This document shows, in pieces, positions 54,124-64,000 of a stretch of DNA of 64,000 bases. The notes under the pieces were generated by a model. The model had not been told where the DNA came from and searched no databases. It saw only the letters and a list, made by a program, of their open reading frames with translations. How positions within the stretch are numbered: the first letter of the stretch is position 1; every line of letters starts with the position of its first letter. Made by a program: the position numbers and the translations under genes. Source of the stretch: Sedimentisphaerales bacterium (GTDB taxonomy: Bacteria; Planctomycetota; Phycisphaerae; Sedimentisphaerales; SM23-30); assembly GCA_963666285.1 (NCBI GenBank), contig OY762711.1. One strand, 5' to 3'.

Positions 54124-55215
54124 ATGAGAGCTGCAAAACTTATTATATTTTTCACCTTCCTCGGTAATTCTCTTTATGCAGACACTGTCATACAAAATGA
54201 TATGCCCGCTATTCAAATGATAAATTACGCCCAGATGCAGGAAAACATTTCGAGTGATACCAGATGTGAATATATGACAGCCGATGGTCAATGGCTTGCA
54301 ATTAAGGCATCAATAAAAGATAAAAAAGCTGAGTTTTGCCCGGTAATTGCAAAATCATTTCGACTTTTACTTCCCGGCAGCAAACCGAATACTGCAACAG
54401 ATACGCTTATAGTCGGTTTTGACAAAGGTCGTTATAAAGATACGATCCCGTTAATTAACGCTCACTCACATAACGACTATGAACACAAGAAACCATTAAT
54501 AGAAGCTCTTAATAATGGGTTTTGCAGTATTGAGGCTGATATTTACCTGAAAGACAATGTATTAGTTGTTTCGCATGATGAAGACAAAATAAAAATGGAC
54601 AGAACCCTTGAAAATCTATATCTCAAGCCGCTGTATAACATGTATTTGGAAAAGAAAAACAATTCCGGTAAATTGTCTCATCAGGACGATTATGAGCTGC
54701 TATTGTATATAGATATAAAAGAAGGTATAGAAGTTTACCATGAGCTTCTGGTAGTTCTAAAAAGATACCGCGAGATGCTTACAAAAACAGAAAACGGCAG
54801 AGAAATAACCGGTTTCGTTCGAATCATTATAACAGGAAACAGACCTGTCGATGAAATATTATCCGATAACAACCGGTACATGTATCTTGACGGTAGAACC
54901 AATGAGATAGAAAAATACCAGGAATACCCCCAAGGAGCTGTTCCGGTAATAGGAATTAGTGCATCTAATTTTAAAAGAAAATCTTTAGACACTTCTTCAG
55001 AAAACAGTTTTGCTCAAAAATATGATATTGATAAAATTAGAGAACTTGTCGCAATATGCAGAAAAAATGGATATAAACTTCGACTTTGGACAGTCCCAAA
55101 TGATTCTTCAAGCTGGTCGGTATTAATAAATCTTGGCGTTGATCTTATAAACACTGACAATCTGACCGGCCTTAAAAACTATCTTCTGGATAACTCGTTC
55201 ACTATTAAGCAATAA
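54124..55215 (+). CDS. Secreted PLC/GDPD-like phosphodiesterase
   Basis: NAHSHNDY, SIEADI, VSHD, YIDIK, LRLW, GVDLINTD. Confidence 0.82.
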   Translation: MRAAKLIIFFTFLGNSLYADTVIQNDMPAIQMINYAQMQENISSDTRCEYMTADGQWLAIKASIKDKKAEFCPVIAKSFRLLLPGSKPNTATDTLIVGFDKGRYKDTIPLINAHSHNDYEHKKPLIEALNNGFCSIEADIYLKDNVLVVSHDEDKIKMDRTLENLYLKPLYNMYLEKKNNSGKLSHQDDYELLLYIDIKEGIEVYHELLVVLKRYREMLTKTENGREITGFVRIIITGNRPVDEILSDNNRYMYLDGRTNEIEKYQEYPQGAVPVIGISASNFKRKSLDTSSENSFAQKYDIDKIRELVAICRKNGYKLRLWTVPNDSSSWSVLINLGVDLINTDNLTGLKNYLLDNSFTIKQ

Positions 55216-55265
55216 TATCCTAAAAACCTTATGACTGCCAATAGACTATATTGATTATTGAGCAA

Positions 55266-55799
55266 TCAGATTATATTCTTTTTAGACCATTCTCTTATCT
55301 TACGGATCTCCTTTTGGGATAAATTCAGCGATTCCAGAAAATCCTGATGAGCTTCCGGTGCCGCTGCTTCAAATTCACGGTGCCATTGCCGCATTCCCTG
55401 CTCATCCAGCCCGGCTGCCGCCAGGAAACTCACCCACATCTCCCTGGTTACCACCCTGGCATCCTTCAACAGCTTCTTATTACCCAGTAGCCCGACGATT
55501 ATCTGCTGCTGACAACGCAGATCATTTATCTCATCGTTTATCGCTGACAGTCGCTGCTGCAGTAATTCCGCTCGATGCGACTTGCCCTGCTTGAGAATCT
55601 CGGCAATCTCATTCAGTGAAAGACCCGTTCTGCGAAGCTCACATATCTGCTCAAGCTTACAATAATGTTCATCGGTATAAACTCGATAATCGCCGCTCGC
55701 TCGCTTTCCCGGACTTAACAGACCTATCGAATCATAATACAGCAGCGTACTGCGAGACAATCCAAACTCTTTCGCCAGTTTTGAAACACTGTATTCCAT
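55266..55799 (-). CDS. MerR family transcriptional regulator
   Basis: YSVSKLAKEFGLSRSTLLYYDSIGLL..R..DYRVY; GAGG SD before ATG 55799. Confidence 0.92.
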   Translation of the reverse strand: MEYSVSKLAKEFGLSRSTLLYYDSIGLLSPGKRASGDYRVYTDEHYCKLEQICELRRTGLSLNEIAEILKQGKSHRAELLQQRLSAINDEINDLRCQQQIIVGLLGNKKLLKDARVVTREMWVSFLAAAGLDEQGMRQWHREFEAAAPEAHQDFLESLNLSQKEIRKIREWSKKNII

Positions 55800-55810
55800 G
55801 TTCAAACCTC

Positions 55811-55840
55811 AAAAAGCCCCCCGGCATAACACCGGGGAGC
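55811..55840 (-). terminator. Terminator-like hairpin between the small gene and merR
   Basis: Minus strand GCTCCCCGG-tgttatg-CCGGGGGGC-TTTTT. Confidence 0.7.
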
Positions 55841-55851
55841 ATAAACTGCCT

Positions 55852-56037
55852 TTATTTATATTGGCTTCTAACCTGATTTACCCATTCGACATCACCCGGC
55901 TTTAGCCATTCCAGAAAACTCTGATGACCGTCCGGGTTGGTATGTTCAAATATCTTATGCCATTTGTGCATATCTGCCTGGCTCAAACCAACCTGCCCGA
56001 ACATATCCTTCCATTGTTCTACTGATACTTTACTCAT
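55852..56037 (-). CDS. Stand-alone homologue of the adjacent MerR C-terminal domain (61 aa)
   Basis: VSVEQWKDMFGQVGLSQADMHKWHKIFEHTNPDGHQSFLEWL vs MerR VTREMWVSFLAAAGLDEQGMRQWHREFEAAAPEAHQDFLESL; GAAAGGA SD. Confidence 0.85.
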   Translation of the reverse strand: MSKVSVEQWKDMFGQVGLSQADMHKWHKIFEHTNPDGHQSFLEWLKPGDVEWVNQVRSQYK

Positions 56038-56118
56038 TTGATTTCCTTTCAATCTTAGGATAACATTTTTCGTTAAAACTCCAATAGCATTCTGGCCAAA
56101 AACTGCTAACTGAAATCT

Positions 56119-56149
56119 AATTTACACTATAAAGCTATAGACAGGTCAA
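56119..56149 (-). promoter_or_regulatory. MerR-type promoter/operator
   Basis: TTGACC-19bp-TAAATT with dyad CTATA-gctt-TATAG inside the spacer. Confidence 0.7.
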
Positions 56150-56265
56150 ACACAATATTATTTTTTTTCAATCTTCTACCTTTCCTGCTCACTGGAATAC
56201 TATCCATTAACAGGCTATAATCTTATAAAGAAATACATACAAAATCATCAGAAAGGAAACACAAA

Positions 56266-56460
56266 ATGAAAGCTTATGTAAATGCTGAAACCTGCATAGG
56301 TTGTGAAGTTTGCGTTACTACCTGCCCCGGCGTATTCCAGATGAACGACGATAATATAGCAGAGGTCATTGTCAATATCGTGCCGGAAGCTGACCAGGAT
56401 AACTGCCGAGAGGCTTCTGACTCATGCCCGGTAGAAGCCATTACAATCGAAGATGATTAG
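56266..56460 (+). CDS. Single-cluster ferredoxin
   Basis: CIGCEVC...CP and CPVEAI; GAAAGGA SD. Confidence 0.92.
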   Translation: MKAYVNAETCIGCEVCVTTCPGVFQMNDDNIAEVIVNIVPEADQDNCREASDSCPVEAITIEDD

Positions 56461-56489
56461 ATCGCCCAAATTACGTAATAGCCATCAGG

Positions 56490-57800
56490 TCATAATAATG
56501 ATTTCTGCTTTATCTCGAGATATTTCTTCAAAAGCTGAGGTGTTAGCTGCTTCGGTTCAACATCCAGAACTGAAACTCCGCTTCGGCTCATACTTAGCAA
56601 TGCCTCACTTCGCTGATTCATTATATCAATTGCTACCGCCTTCTGATACAGGTTTTCAGAATCAAATAACGGCTCACTGGAAACTGCATCTACATCTGTA
56701 TCTACCATAGTTATAGCCAACGGTAAATGGCGGCGGCGAAACCTGGCCATATATCCGATTATGTCGGCATTGGCACTGCTGTCAATTATATCTGTCATCA
56801 GGCATACCAGGCTCCGTTTACGGCTTTTTAACGCCAGGTATTGACAGGCAGAATTATAATCACTTTCGACCATTTTGGGCTTCATATCATAAAGCTGGTC
56901 TACCACAAGGTTCAGGTTGCTTAACTTCCTGACCGGCGGCAGATACCTGTCGATTTTATCACTAAAAACAAGAAGGCTAAACCAGTCACCGCGAGACAAG
57001 GTAACACCTGCCAACATGATTGCTGCCTCGATAAAATAATCCAATCTGCTCTGGCCGTCAAACTCAGAAACACTGCTTCGACCGGCATCAATTGCAACCA
57101 GAACATTCTGCTGACGTTCTGGCTCAAAATTGCGCACTATCATCTGCTGACGCCGGGCTGTTGCTTTCCAGTCGACTTTATTAGTACTATCGCCGGGAAC
57201 GTAATAACGCAAACTTTCAAAGTCTGTCCCCTGTCCGTATTTCCTCATTGAGGTCAAACCCGGATCATTTGTATATCCATGCCTTAACAGGTAATTAAAA
57301 TGATCAAACTTTGTCAAATTGGGATATACAACTACATCCGATTCCAGATATATCTCATACTGACGAGCCAGTATCCCCAGGGCAGGCAGCACCCGCATAT
57401 ACAAAGTACTGTAACGATAATGACCTCTTTTTACCGGACAAACATTATATCTAACAACAGCATCTTCTCCCCGTAGCAGTTTAACCTTGATTGGCTTGTT
57501 ATCGTAAACAAAATCATCAGGCACTCCATCGACTAGCCACAGTTCTACCGTCCTTCGGCTATTATTGGAAATATGAAGTTCAACCTGCTCTTCTTTTCCC
57601 TGGGAAAATCTGGATGGCACTACCCTGTTTATACCAACTTTGGAACGTCCGGGTACCATAAAAAAATCTATCAGAACATAAAACAGCAGCAGAAGATAAT
57701 ACAGCAACCCAAGGCTGGCTATTCCGTCTACGAACTGACCGGCCAGTAGCGCAGGGCTTCCTAGCAGAATCAGGATTATAAGTTTTAAGGATGGTACCAT
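56490..57800 (-). CDS. DUF58 / vWA-like protein
   Basis: GTDFESLRYYVPGD..VDWKATAR, IDAGRS. Confidence 0.88.
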   Translation of the reverse strand: MVPSLKLIILILLGSPALLAGQFVDGIASLGLLYYLLLLFYVLIDFFMVPGRSKVGINRVVPSRFSQGKEEQVELHISNNSRRTVELWLVDGVPDDFVYDNKPIKVKLLRGEDAVVRYNVCPVKRGHYRYSTLYMRVLPALGILARQYEIYLESDVVVYPNLTKFDHFNYLLRHGYTNDPGLTSMRKYGQGTDFESLRYYVPGDSTNKVDWKATARRQQMIVRNFEPERQQNVLVAIDAGRSSVSEFDGQSRLDYFIEAAIMLAGVTLSRGDWFSLLVFSDKIDRYLPPVRKLSNLNLVVDQLYDMKPKMVESDYNSACQYLALKSRKRSLVCLMTDIIDSSANADIIGYMARFRRRHLPLAITMVDTDVDAVSSEPLFDSENLYQKAVAIDIMNQRSEALLSMSRSGVSVLDVEPKQLTPQLLKKYLEIKQKSLL

Positions 57801-57832
57801 TTATTTGCTCGCCAACTTTTATAGTATATCCC

Positions 57833-58789
57833 CTATCTGGGCACCTCTATTCTACCCAGCAATACATTTAGACAGTCATCTGCTGACCGACCCTCAATCT
57901 CGTATTCCGGCTTGAGAATAACTCTATGTCTTAGTACCGGTAAGGCCATTTCTTTTACACTGTCAGGGGTAACAAACTCATATCCTGAAACAACAGAGTG
58001 AGCTTTCGCCGCCAGCAGCAGCATACCCCCCGAACGCGGACCCGCACCTAGTGCTATCTGGGGCATAACCCTTGTTTCCCGTACTATCTTTACAATATAA
58101 TCCAATACTTTCTGATCTGTTGGCAGCTTTCGCACGTAATCTCGTATTTCTGCCAGAGTAGCAAGGTCAACTACCTTCTCAATATTTGCGGTTGACAAAT
58201 CACGACTGTCAAAACCGGCTTCGATATTGGCAAGTATACGGTTCTCATGTTCAAGCTCAGGATAATCAATATTAATCTTAAGCATAAACCTGTCCAGTTG
58301 AGCCTCCGGCAACGGATATGTCCCCTCAAATTCTACCGGGTTCTGTGTCGCAACCACCATAAACACTTTTGACAGCGGATAAGTTACTCCGTCAACTGAA
58401 ACACTCTGCTCTTCCATAGCTTCCAGGAGTGCCGATTGTGTCTTGGCCGGTGCCCGGTTAACCTCATCTGCCAGGAATATATCGCTGAATACCGGGCCAT
58501 GGCGAAACTCAAAGCAACTCCCGGTATTATTATAAATATTCACACCAACAATATCGGAAGGCATCAGGTCGGGCGTAAACTGTACTCGCATAAACTTACT
58601 ATCTGTCAGAACTGAAAGTAGTCTGGCTAATAATGTCTTGGCTGTCCCCGGAACGCCCTCTAGCAGCACATGCCCTCCGGCAAACATTGCAGAGGTTAGA
58701 TGCTCCAACGCTCTTTCCTGACCGACAACTACCCTTCCGGCCTGTTCTATTATCTGCGAAACATAAGTATTAACTTTTCCTGTATCCAT
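57833..58789 (-). CDS. moxR: MoxR family AAA+ ATPase
   Basis: GHVLLEGVPGTAKT, QFTPDLMPSD, ADEVNRAPAKTQSALLEAM, ATQNPVEFEGTYPLPEAQLDRF. Confidence 0.95.
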   Translation of the reverse strand: MDTGKVNTYVSQIIEQAGRVVVGQERALEHLTSAMFAGGHVLLEGVPGTAKTLLARLLSVLTDSKFMRVQFTPDLMPSDIVGVNIYNNTGSCFEFRHGPVFSDIFLADEVNRAPAKTQSALLEAMEEQSVSVDGVTYPLSKVFMVVATQNPVEFEGTYPLPEAQLDRFMLKINIDYPELEHENRILANIEAGFDSRDLSTANIEKVVDLATLAEIRDYVRKLPTDQKVLDYIVKIVRETRVMPQIALGAGPRSGGMLLLAAKAHSVVSGYEFVTPDSVKEMALPVLRHRVILKPEYEIEGRSADDCLNVLLGRIEVPR

Positions 58790-59942
58790 CGGATAACTCC
58801 AATTCTATTTTGCCTAATTCTTTTATTAGATTTTTAACTTCTCGTTTTGATATTTCACTTTCTAAAGCCGCACCTGCCCTGTCTAGAATATCCCGGTAGT
58901 ATCCTTCCTGCCCTTCAGTTCTCTTGGCGATTTCTGCTGAAAGACTTATATTATCACAAGTTGCAGGAAGGCCAACAGATTCAGAAAACTTTCCTCGCAG
59001 CCATTTATAATTCAACTCAAACATAAGCGGATACGCCCCGGCATTAGTCCAGCATGAACCTGCCGAATGAACATATTCCAACTTGGCACGACGTCTCTGA
59101 CCCGGCAGCTGCCTAACCGGGCCAAATCGCTTGCCCTGCTGCCATATATAACACATTCCGGCAACTGCCAGCGAAACTACAAACCACCCCCAGGGTGTAT
59201 TTGCCAGCATATTACCTAACAGGGTATATGATGTCTCTATATCCTTATATTCTCGATAATGACTCTCATCAAAAAGTACCTCTCCTGCACGTATACCGCC
59301 TAAGGCATAATGCACCAGATTAATCGCAAGTACACTGTTGTCATCGAGGCTAAGGTTCGTATTCGTTAAAATATCTGGCGATACAAGCCTGATTATTTTG
59401 CCAAGACCTAACTCCTTCTCTATTATCCTGGCCTTGCTATTTTCGTAGTACAACACCTTATATTCTTCAGTATCATCCATATCAAAGGAATACCTGAATT
59501 CCCAACTAGTCTTTGTCACATCCCGGGCCAGGATATTTTCCTCTTCTTTAACTTTACCCGAAGCACCTCCATATAACGCTGCTATACTATCATCCGGGAG
59601 TATTCCGCTATCGCAGATCAATACCCCGCCATCACGCACCCATCTCTCAAGCGAAGCTATATGATCATCAGCTATCACTACCTTTGGAGATATCATCAAC
59701 AATACCTTACAGCTTTCCTGCAGCTGTTCGAATCTGTCCAGCCTGTCGATATTGTATTCAAGCTCTTCACATAACAGGTAGAATGCCTTTGTCCCTTTGA
59801 AACCGGTGTACTTACTGCTGTGTAGATCTTTGTGCAGTTCAGACTCACCTGAACCCAGTGAAAACATTATAACAGTCGACAAAACAATCAGGCCTGTGAT
59901 TATCAATAGATCTTTTTTATTGTCTTTGATTGCTTTCAGCAT
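58770..59942 (-). CDS. DUF4350-like membrane protein
   Basis: N-terminal TM, GTKAF, WVRDGG, VLFDESH, TM then RFGP; MoxR cluster context. Confidence 0.75.
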   Translation of the reverse strand: MLKAIKDNKKDLLIITGLIVLSTVIMFSLGSGESELHKDLHSSKYTGFKGTKAFYLLCEELEYNIDRLDRFEQLQESCKVLLMISPKVVIADDHIASLERWVRDGGVLICDSGILPDDSIAALYGGASGKVKEEENILARDVTKTSWEFRYSFDMDDTEEYKVLYYENSKARIIEKELGLGKIIRLVSPDILTNTNLSLDDNSVLAINLVHYALGGIRAGEVLFDESHYREYKDIETSYTLLGNMLANTPWGWFVVSLAVAGMCYIWQQGKRFGPVRQLPGQRRRAKLEYVHSAGSCWTNAGAYPLMFELNYKWLRGKFSESVGLPATCDNISLSAEIAKRTEGQEGYYRDILDRAGAALESEISKREVKNLIKELGKIELELSDGYRKS

Positions 59943-60724
59943 TAGTTCGCCTGCTCACACTCCCGCTCTATCTGCTCGTAAGCACTATACATATTTCGGA
60001 AGTATAGCTCATCGCATCCCTTAAATCCGTATGCCACCGATTCAAATCCGATAATATACTGTCGAAATTTATTAAATATAATGCTGCCGCGCCCGCATTC
60101 CCGCAAGTAATCTCCGTTTGTCTTGGATGGATGCACTATGATATACTCAAATGACTCAAGACGCTTTAATAGCGATGCTGTCAAAAATGACAACGCCCGG
60201 GCATAATCCTTCGCCGCTAGGCTTTTTTCCATCTCTAACAGAAGGTCTTTCACACTCATACGATAGGTATTCTCTGCAAAATCGCCATCAACTCCAAAAG
60301 CTTTCCTATTCGCAGAACCTGTGTGAATTGTAATATACAACGCCCATATAAAATGTGCTAATATTGCCAGCATAGTTATAACACACCAGATTATTAGAAC
60401 CCATACCAGGAAATTTGCCAGCCCGGAATGCTCACCAGGTTCTCTATCTCCAAATAATTTATCCAGAAAATCAATGACTTTTCGCCAGAAACTGTTTTCC
60501 TGCCCCAAGATGTCCCTGAACTCTGGCCGGCTCATAACTTTTTGGGTCGAGTCTTTTATTGCTGAGCTTTCCGGACATTCTACAGATTCACGAATTGAAG
60601 ATGCCCCCAATGCATAATCTCCTGGCTCAGAACCTTTCCCATCTTCAGCATATATATCAATGGCCAACAGCAATAACAATATTACCATTGGCCATAATAT
60701 GATTTTTTCTGTTATTGTTTTCAA
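59942..60724 (-). CDS. DUF4129-like membrane protein
   Basis: TM segment, SKTNGDY, FESVAYG. Confidence 0.72.
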   Translation of the reverse strand: MKTITEKIILWPMVILLLLLAIDIYAEDGKGSEPGDYALGASSIRESVECPESSAIKDSTQKVMSRPEFRDILGQENSFWRKVIDFLDKLFGDREPGEHSGLANFLVWVLIIWCVITMLAILAHFIWALYITIHTGSANRKAFGVDGDFAENTYRMSVKDLLLEMEKSLAAKDYARALSFLTASLLKRLESFEYIIVHPSKTNGDYLRECGRGSIIFNKFRQYIIGFESVAYGFKGCDELYFRNMYSAYEQIERECEQAN

Positions 60725-61608
60725 TCCAACCTGCCGGGATCATATGTAAAATCTCTAACTTCCTGGTCTATACCAGCTGTATCCTGACCTGCCATACCTT
60801 GTGCCAGCATTTCCAGGTCAAAACCTTCCTTACGAATCCGCAGATCATAATATAATAATACAATTGCTCCGGCTGTTATCGGTGCAGTTATTATTGATGC
60901 TATTGTTTGCATCGCCTGCTGTACTATTAAAAATGTGGTACTGGCTGATTCTACCGATTCCGGGTCAGTTATAGCTGCTAATCCTCCGCCCATTATTGCT
61001 CCAACTATCCCCGTGAGTGCTCCATTAATTATTGCAGCTATCAATCCGGCTAAAAATATTGTTCCGAATATTTTGCCTAGATTACCCTTCGTCAGTTCTT
61101 TGCTGCGGCTAAGTGAACTCATCGCCCCTGAACCTTCAAGAACTATCACCACTGATATCATACTGTACCATAAACCAAAAATAACACCTGGCACAATAAA
61201 CAAAAAGTACCCTAGAATTATTATCAGCGTAGAAACAAAGCCCGCACCAATCATCTTGCCTAGTTTTGGTAGAACAACACCAAATACTTCACCTGTTTCC
61301 AAGCTCTTTCCCAAATATAATTCTGAAAAACCCTGGGCCAGAATTCCCGAACACAATACAGTTCCCAACATAGATAGTAAACCCGGCCCCAAAGCCATTA
61401 CGATCGCAATGATCGCCTCTGCACCTGACATATTCTGATTTGGCGATGAAATCACCGTTACATTCAGAAATGCTGAAATAATACCAATAGGAACAAAAAT
61501 AATTGATATCATCGCTGCAAATTTAAGAAAATTCTTACTGTAAAAGAAAAATACCCTGTCAATAATGCGAGTCGCACTCATTGGCACAAATTGCTGACCT
61601 TCCATCAT
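60721..61608 (-). CDS. Polytopic membrane protein of the MoxR cluster
   Basis: PMS..IID, SLSRSKEL, LLYYDLRIRKEGFDLE. Confidence 0.78.
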   Translation of the reverse strand: MMEGQQFVPMSATRIIDRVFFFYSKNFLKFAAMISIIFVPIGIISAFLNVTVISSPNQNMSGAEAIIAIVMALGPGLLSMLGTVLCSGILAQGFSELYLGKSLETGEVFGVVLPKLGKMIGAGFVSTLIIILGYFLFIVPGVIFGLWYSMISVVIVLEGSGAMSSLSRSKELTKGNLGKIFGTIFLAGLIAAIINGALTGIVGAIMGGGLAAITDPESVESASTTFLIVQQAMQTIASIITAPITAGAIVLLYYDLRIRKEGFDLEMLAQGMAGQDTAGIDQEVRDFTYDPGRLD

Positions 61609-61805
61609 AAGTCCTTTCACCTGATAAATAATAACCATTAAAATATTTAGTAGTAACTTAAAATATTATATTTGCTATAACTCCATTGTCAATCAGTAAT
61701 TCTAACGTTTTTCGTCTTGTCCGAGTATTTATTTGATTCCATAGCGGCTGCATACTATAATGTCATTTGTTCTGGACATTTATGATTGTTAATAGGATTA
61801 ATCAT

Positions 61806-62570
61806 ATGATCGAATATGACGTACATGACAAAATTGAAACCCCGGAAAATGTAGAGCTCACCCGCACTATCGCCGGGCTGGGGTCAAGAATTTCTGCGGG
61901 ATTATTTGACTATTTGCTAATCGTTTTGATCTTCCTTGTCATTTTTTTCATTCTCGCGCTAAGTTCAAACGTCTTTTCATATCGCGGCGGCAGTATGTCA
62001 GATTTCGTTTTGGCCGCTTTCTTCATAGGCATGTTTCTATTCTACTGGGGCTATTTCGCTTTTTTTGAATGGATTACCAACGGCCAGACTCCCGGCAAAA
62101 AAAGTGTCCACCTCAGGGTAGTTTGCGAAAACGGCAGCCCGATCACGTTCAAACATATCGCCGTTAGAAATATTATTCGATTTGTCGATATGCTGCCGGG
62201 CATGTATTTCCTCGCTATTGTTTTCATCTTCTGTTCCAAACGTAAACAAAGAATTGGTGATATGGCAGCAGGAACAATAGTGGTAAGCGAAGAAAAACTG
62301 CAATACGGAGCAACTGACAAAGTTAATAAGAAAAATGACAATTGGCAGATGGAAATTACTGCTGAAGTTCTGGAAAAATCCGGCCTGAGCCCCGAAGAAC
62401 TTAACATTATACAGAACTTTTACGTTCGAAGATCGGAGCTTAGCCACGATGCTATTGTCAAAATACTGCCTGGCATACTTAAGCCGATAATGTCACGTCA
62501 AGGCACCTGGCGGGATGATATGTCTATCAGTGAAATGCTTGACTATATTGAATGCACGTTGCAGATTTAG
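61806..62570 (+). CDS. RDD family protein
   Basis: ETPENV, AGLGSR..A.LFD, GQTPGKK, RNIIR.VD, QRIGDMAAGT. Confidence 0.9.
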   Translation: MIEYDVHDKIETPENVELTRTIAGLGSRISAGLFDYLLIVLIFLVIFFILALSSNVFSYRGGSMSDFVLAAFFIGMFLFYWGYFAFFEWITNGQTPGKKSVHLRVVCENGSPITFKHIAVRNIIRFVDMLPGMYFLAIVFIFCSKRKQRIGDMAAGTIVVSEEKLQYGATDKVNKKNDNWQMEITAEVLEKSGLSPEELNIIQNFYVRRSELSHDAIVKILPGILKPIMSRQGTWRDDMSISEMLDYIECTLQI

Positions 62571-62588
62571 AAGTAAAAAGGAAAAAAC

Positions 62589-63569
62589 ATGACACCGGCT
62601 GCCTTTCTGGAAAACCGAAAACCCATCTGGGACAGGGTCGAGCACCTGCTTGACTGTGCCGGTAAATCCGGATGCAGAAAACTCACCCACCAACAGCTGC
62701 ATGAATTAACCAGGCTGTACCCTACAATTGCGGTCGATGTATCAAAAGTCAGAATGTATAAGTTGGATAATATCACTCTGTCAAGGGTTAACGACCTGGC
62801 TATACGGGCACACGGTTTACTCTACCAAAGAAAAAAAGAAAAAAGCGATACCGGTGTTATTAAATTCATTCTGAAAGACTATCCGGCTATCTTCCGAAAA
62901 AATATCTCTTATCTGCTTTTCGCCATTTTGCTCTTTTGCATACCTATGGTCTCGACATATTCGATTGTCAGGCTCAACCCCGATACGGCATACACCTTTA
63001 TGCCATACGGCCTGGATATTGAAAATTCGGATACTGTCACCGCCGAAGATGTCAGCGAGCGATACCGACAAATGTCCGGAACGGTAATGTCCGCTTCAAT
63101 TACAACAAATAATATACAAGTCGCCCTGATTGCTTTCTCACTGGGCATAGTTTTCGCACTGGGAACCTGCTATATATTGCTTTCCAACTCAATTATGCTG
63201 GGCTGCTTCATAGGCCATTTTACAAACCATGGGCTCAGCACCGAACTATGGTATTTCCTCGCACCACACGGCCTGCTGGAAATATTTGCGATTATAGTTG
63301 CCGGTGCCGCCGGGCTAAAACTTGGACTTTCAATACTAATACCCAAAAACCTTACCAGGGTTGACTCACTGAAAAAAGGTGCCTCTGAGTCTGTTGTGTA
63401 TGTGCTGGGGACAATTCCAATGTTCATCGTTGCAGGATTCATTGAAAGCTACATCACACCCGCCTATTTTGATGGAAGGTTAAAAGTACTCATTGGCTTC
63501 GCCGCACTTGGCATATCCCTGGCATACCTGCTCCTAGTCGGCAGAAATAAGCCGCAAATGGAAAATTAA
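62589..63569 (+). CDS. spoIIM: SpoIIM / DUF95 membrane protein
   Basis: NNIQVA, PHGLLEI, AGFIESYITP. Confidence 0.85.
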   Translation: MTPAAFLENRKPIWDRVEHLLDCAGKSGCRKLTHQQLHELTRLYPTIAVDVSKVRMYKLDNITLSRVNDLAIRAHGLLYQRKKEKSDTGVIKFILKDYPAIFRKNISYLLFAILLFCIPMVSTYSIVRLNPDTAYTFMPYGLDIENSDTVTAEDVSERYRQMSGTVMSASITTNNIQVALIAFSLGIVFALGTCYILLSNSIMLGCFIGHFTNHGLSTELWYFLAPHGLLEIFAIIVAGAAGLKLGLSILIPKNLTRVDSLKKGASESVVYVLGTIPMFIVAGFIESYITPAYFDGRLKVLIGFAALGISLAYLLLVGRNKPQMEN

Positions 63570-63653
63570 AAAAGCCCGATAGTTTTTTCTACCGAGCTTA
63601 GTTTACTTCATTAGGAACAATTATTTTTTTACTGCTTCTTATCTTTTGCTCTA

Positions 63654-64000
63654 TCAGCTCCCGCCAAACAGCAGGAATAACCCCAGCGTTGTCAAAACAA
63701 CGGCAAATGTAATAACACCCACCAGGCCCAATATATCATTGACCGGTGCCGGTACTACTTTTTCAAAAGGCCTGTTAGCCGTATTCAAACCACTGGCAAC
63801 CGCCCTTTGAGCTGCGTTCATACCGCGACGTTTGGATTGAGCTTTCTCCTGGATCTGTGGTTCCTGTAATGGTACTTCGGCTACTGCTTCTTCCTTAGGC
63901 GATGTCTGTTCGGCCAATTCCTGCATGACAATATCTTCGGCTTCTTCATCTGAAGCTGAAACCTGGGCGGCAAAAGAAGGCTCTTTTTCTTCATCTTCAT
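63654..64000 (-). CDS. Partial hypothetical protein, acidic region and C-terminal TM
   Basis: Frame is open from the window edge to the stop at 63654; E/D-rich. Confidence 0.7.
   Translation of the reverse strand, partial: EDEEKEPSFAAQVSASDEEAEDIVMQELAEQTSPKEEAVAEVPLQEPQIQEKAQSKRRGMNAAQRAVASGLNTANRPFEKVVPAPVNDILGLVGVITFAVVLTTLGLFLLFGGS

Overview
64 kb of bacterial chromosome, most likely an anaerobic Planctomycetota (Phycisphaerae-like). This is inferred from a PEP-CTERM protein, a dockerin-like secreted protein, a prepilin/H-X9-DG protein, a sulfatase, an lpxC-fabZ fusion, a short 5S rRNA and an rRNA locus with no 16S. Contents in order: AT-rich polysaccharide O-acetylation locus; tRNA-Ile/tRNA-Ala/23S/5S without 16S; gspE-pilMN-pilO-like genes and recJ; a degenerate rnfC/rnfD pair; etfBA plus FAD oxidoreductase and Zn dehydrogenase; GH5; a class IIC group II intron with a frameshifted RT; TonB receptor; ECF sigma/anti-sigma; a 1.2 kb repeat mosaic; skp-lpxD-lpxC/fabZ; eno; sulfatase; a MerR module; and a MoxR/DUF58/RDD/SpoIIM cluster. 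The most interesting observations are not visible in the ORF track. (1) A 38-aa membrane-peptide ORF with an SD sits between the two tRNAs. (2) The intron appears to split the lipoprotein signal peptide of a glutathione peroxidase gene. (3) A MerR-type 19-bp-spacer promoter drives a stand-alone copy of the MerR's own C-terminal domain. (4) Three extra promoters let 23S-5S be transcribed without the tRNAs. (5) Two families of dispersed MITE-like elements are present. Product calls come from motif recognition by eye; no database searches were run.
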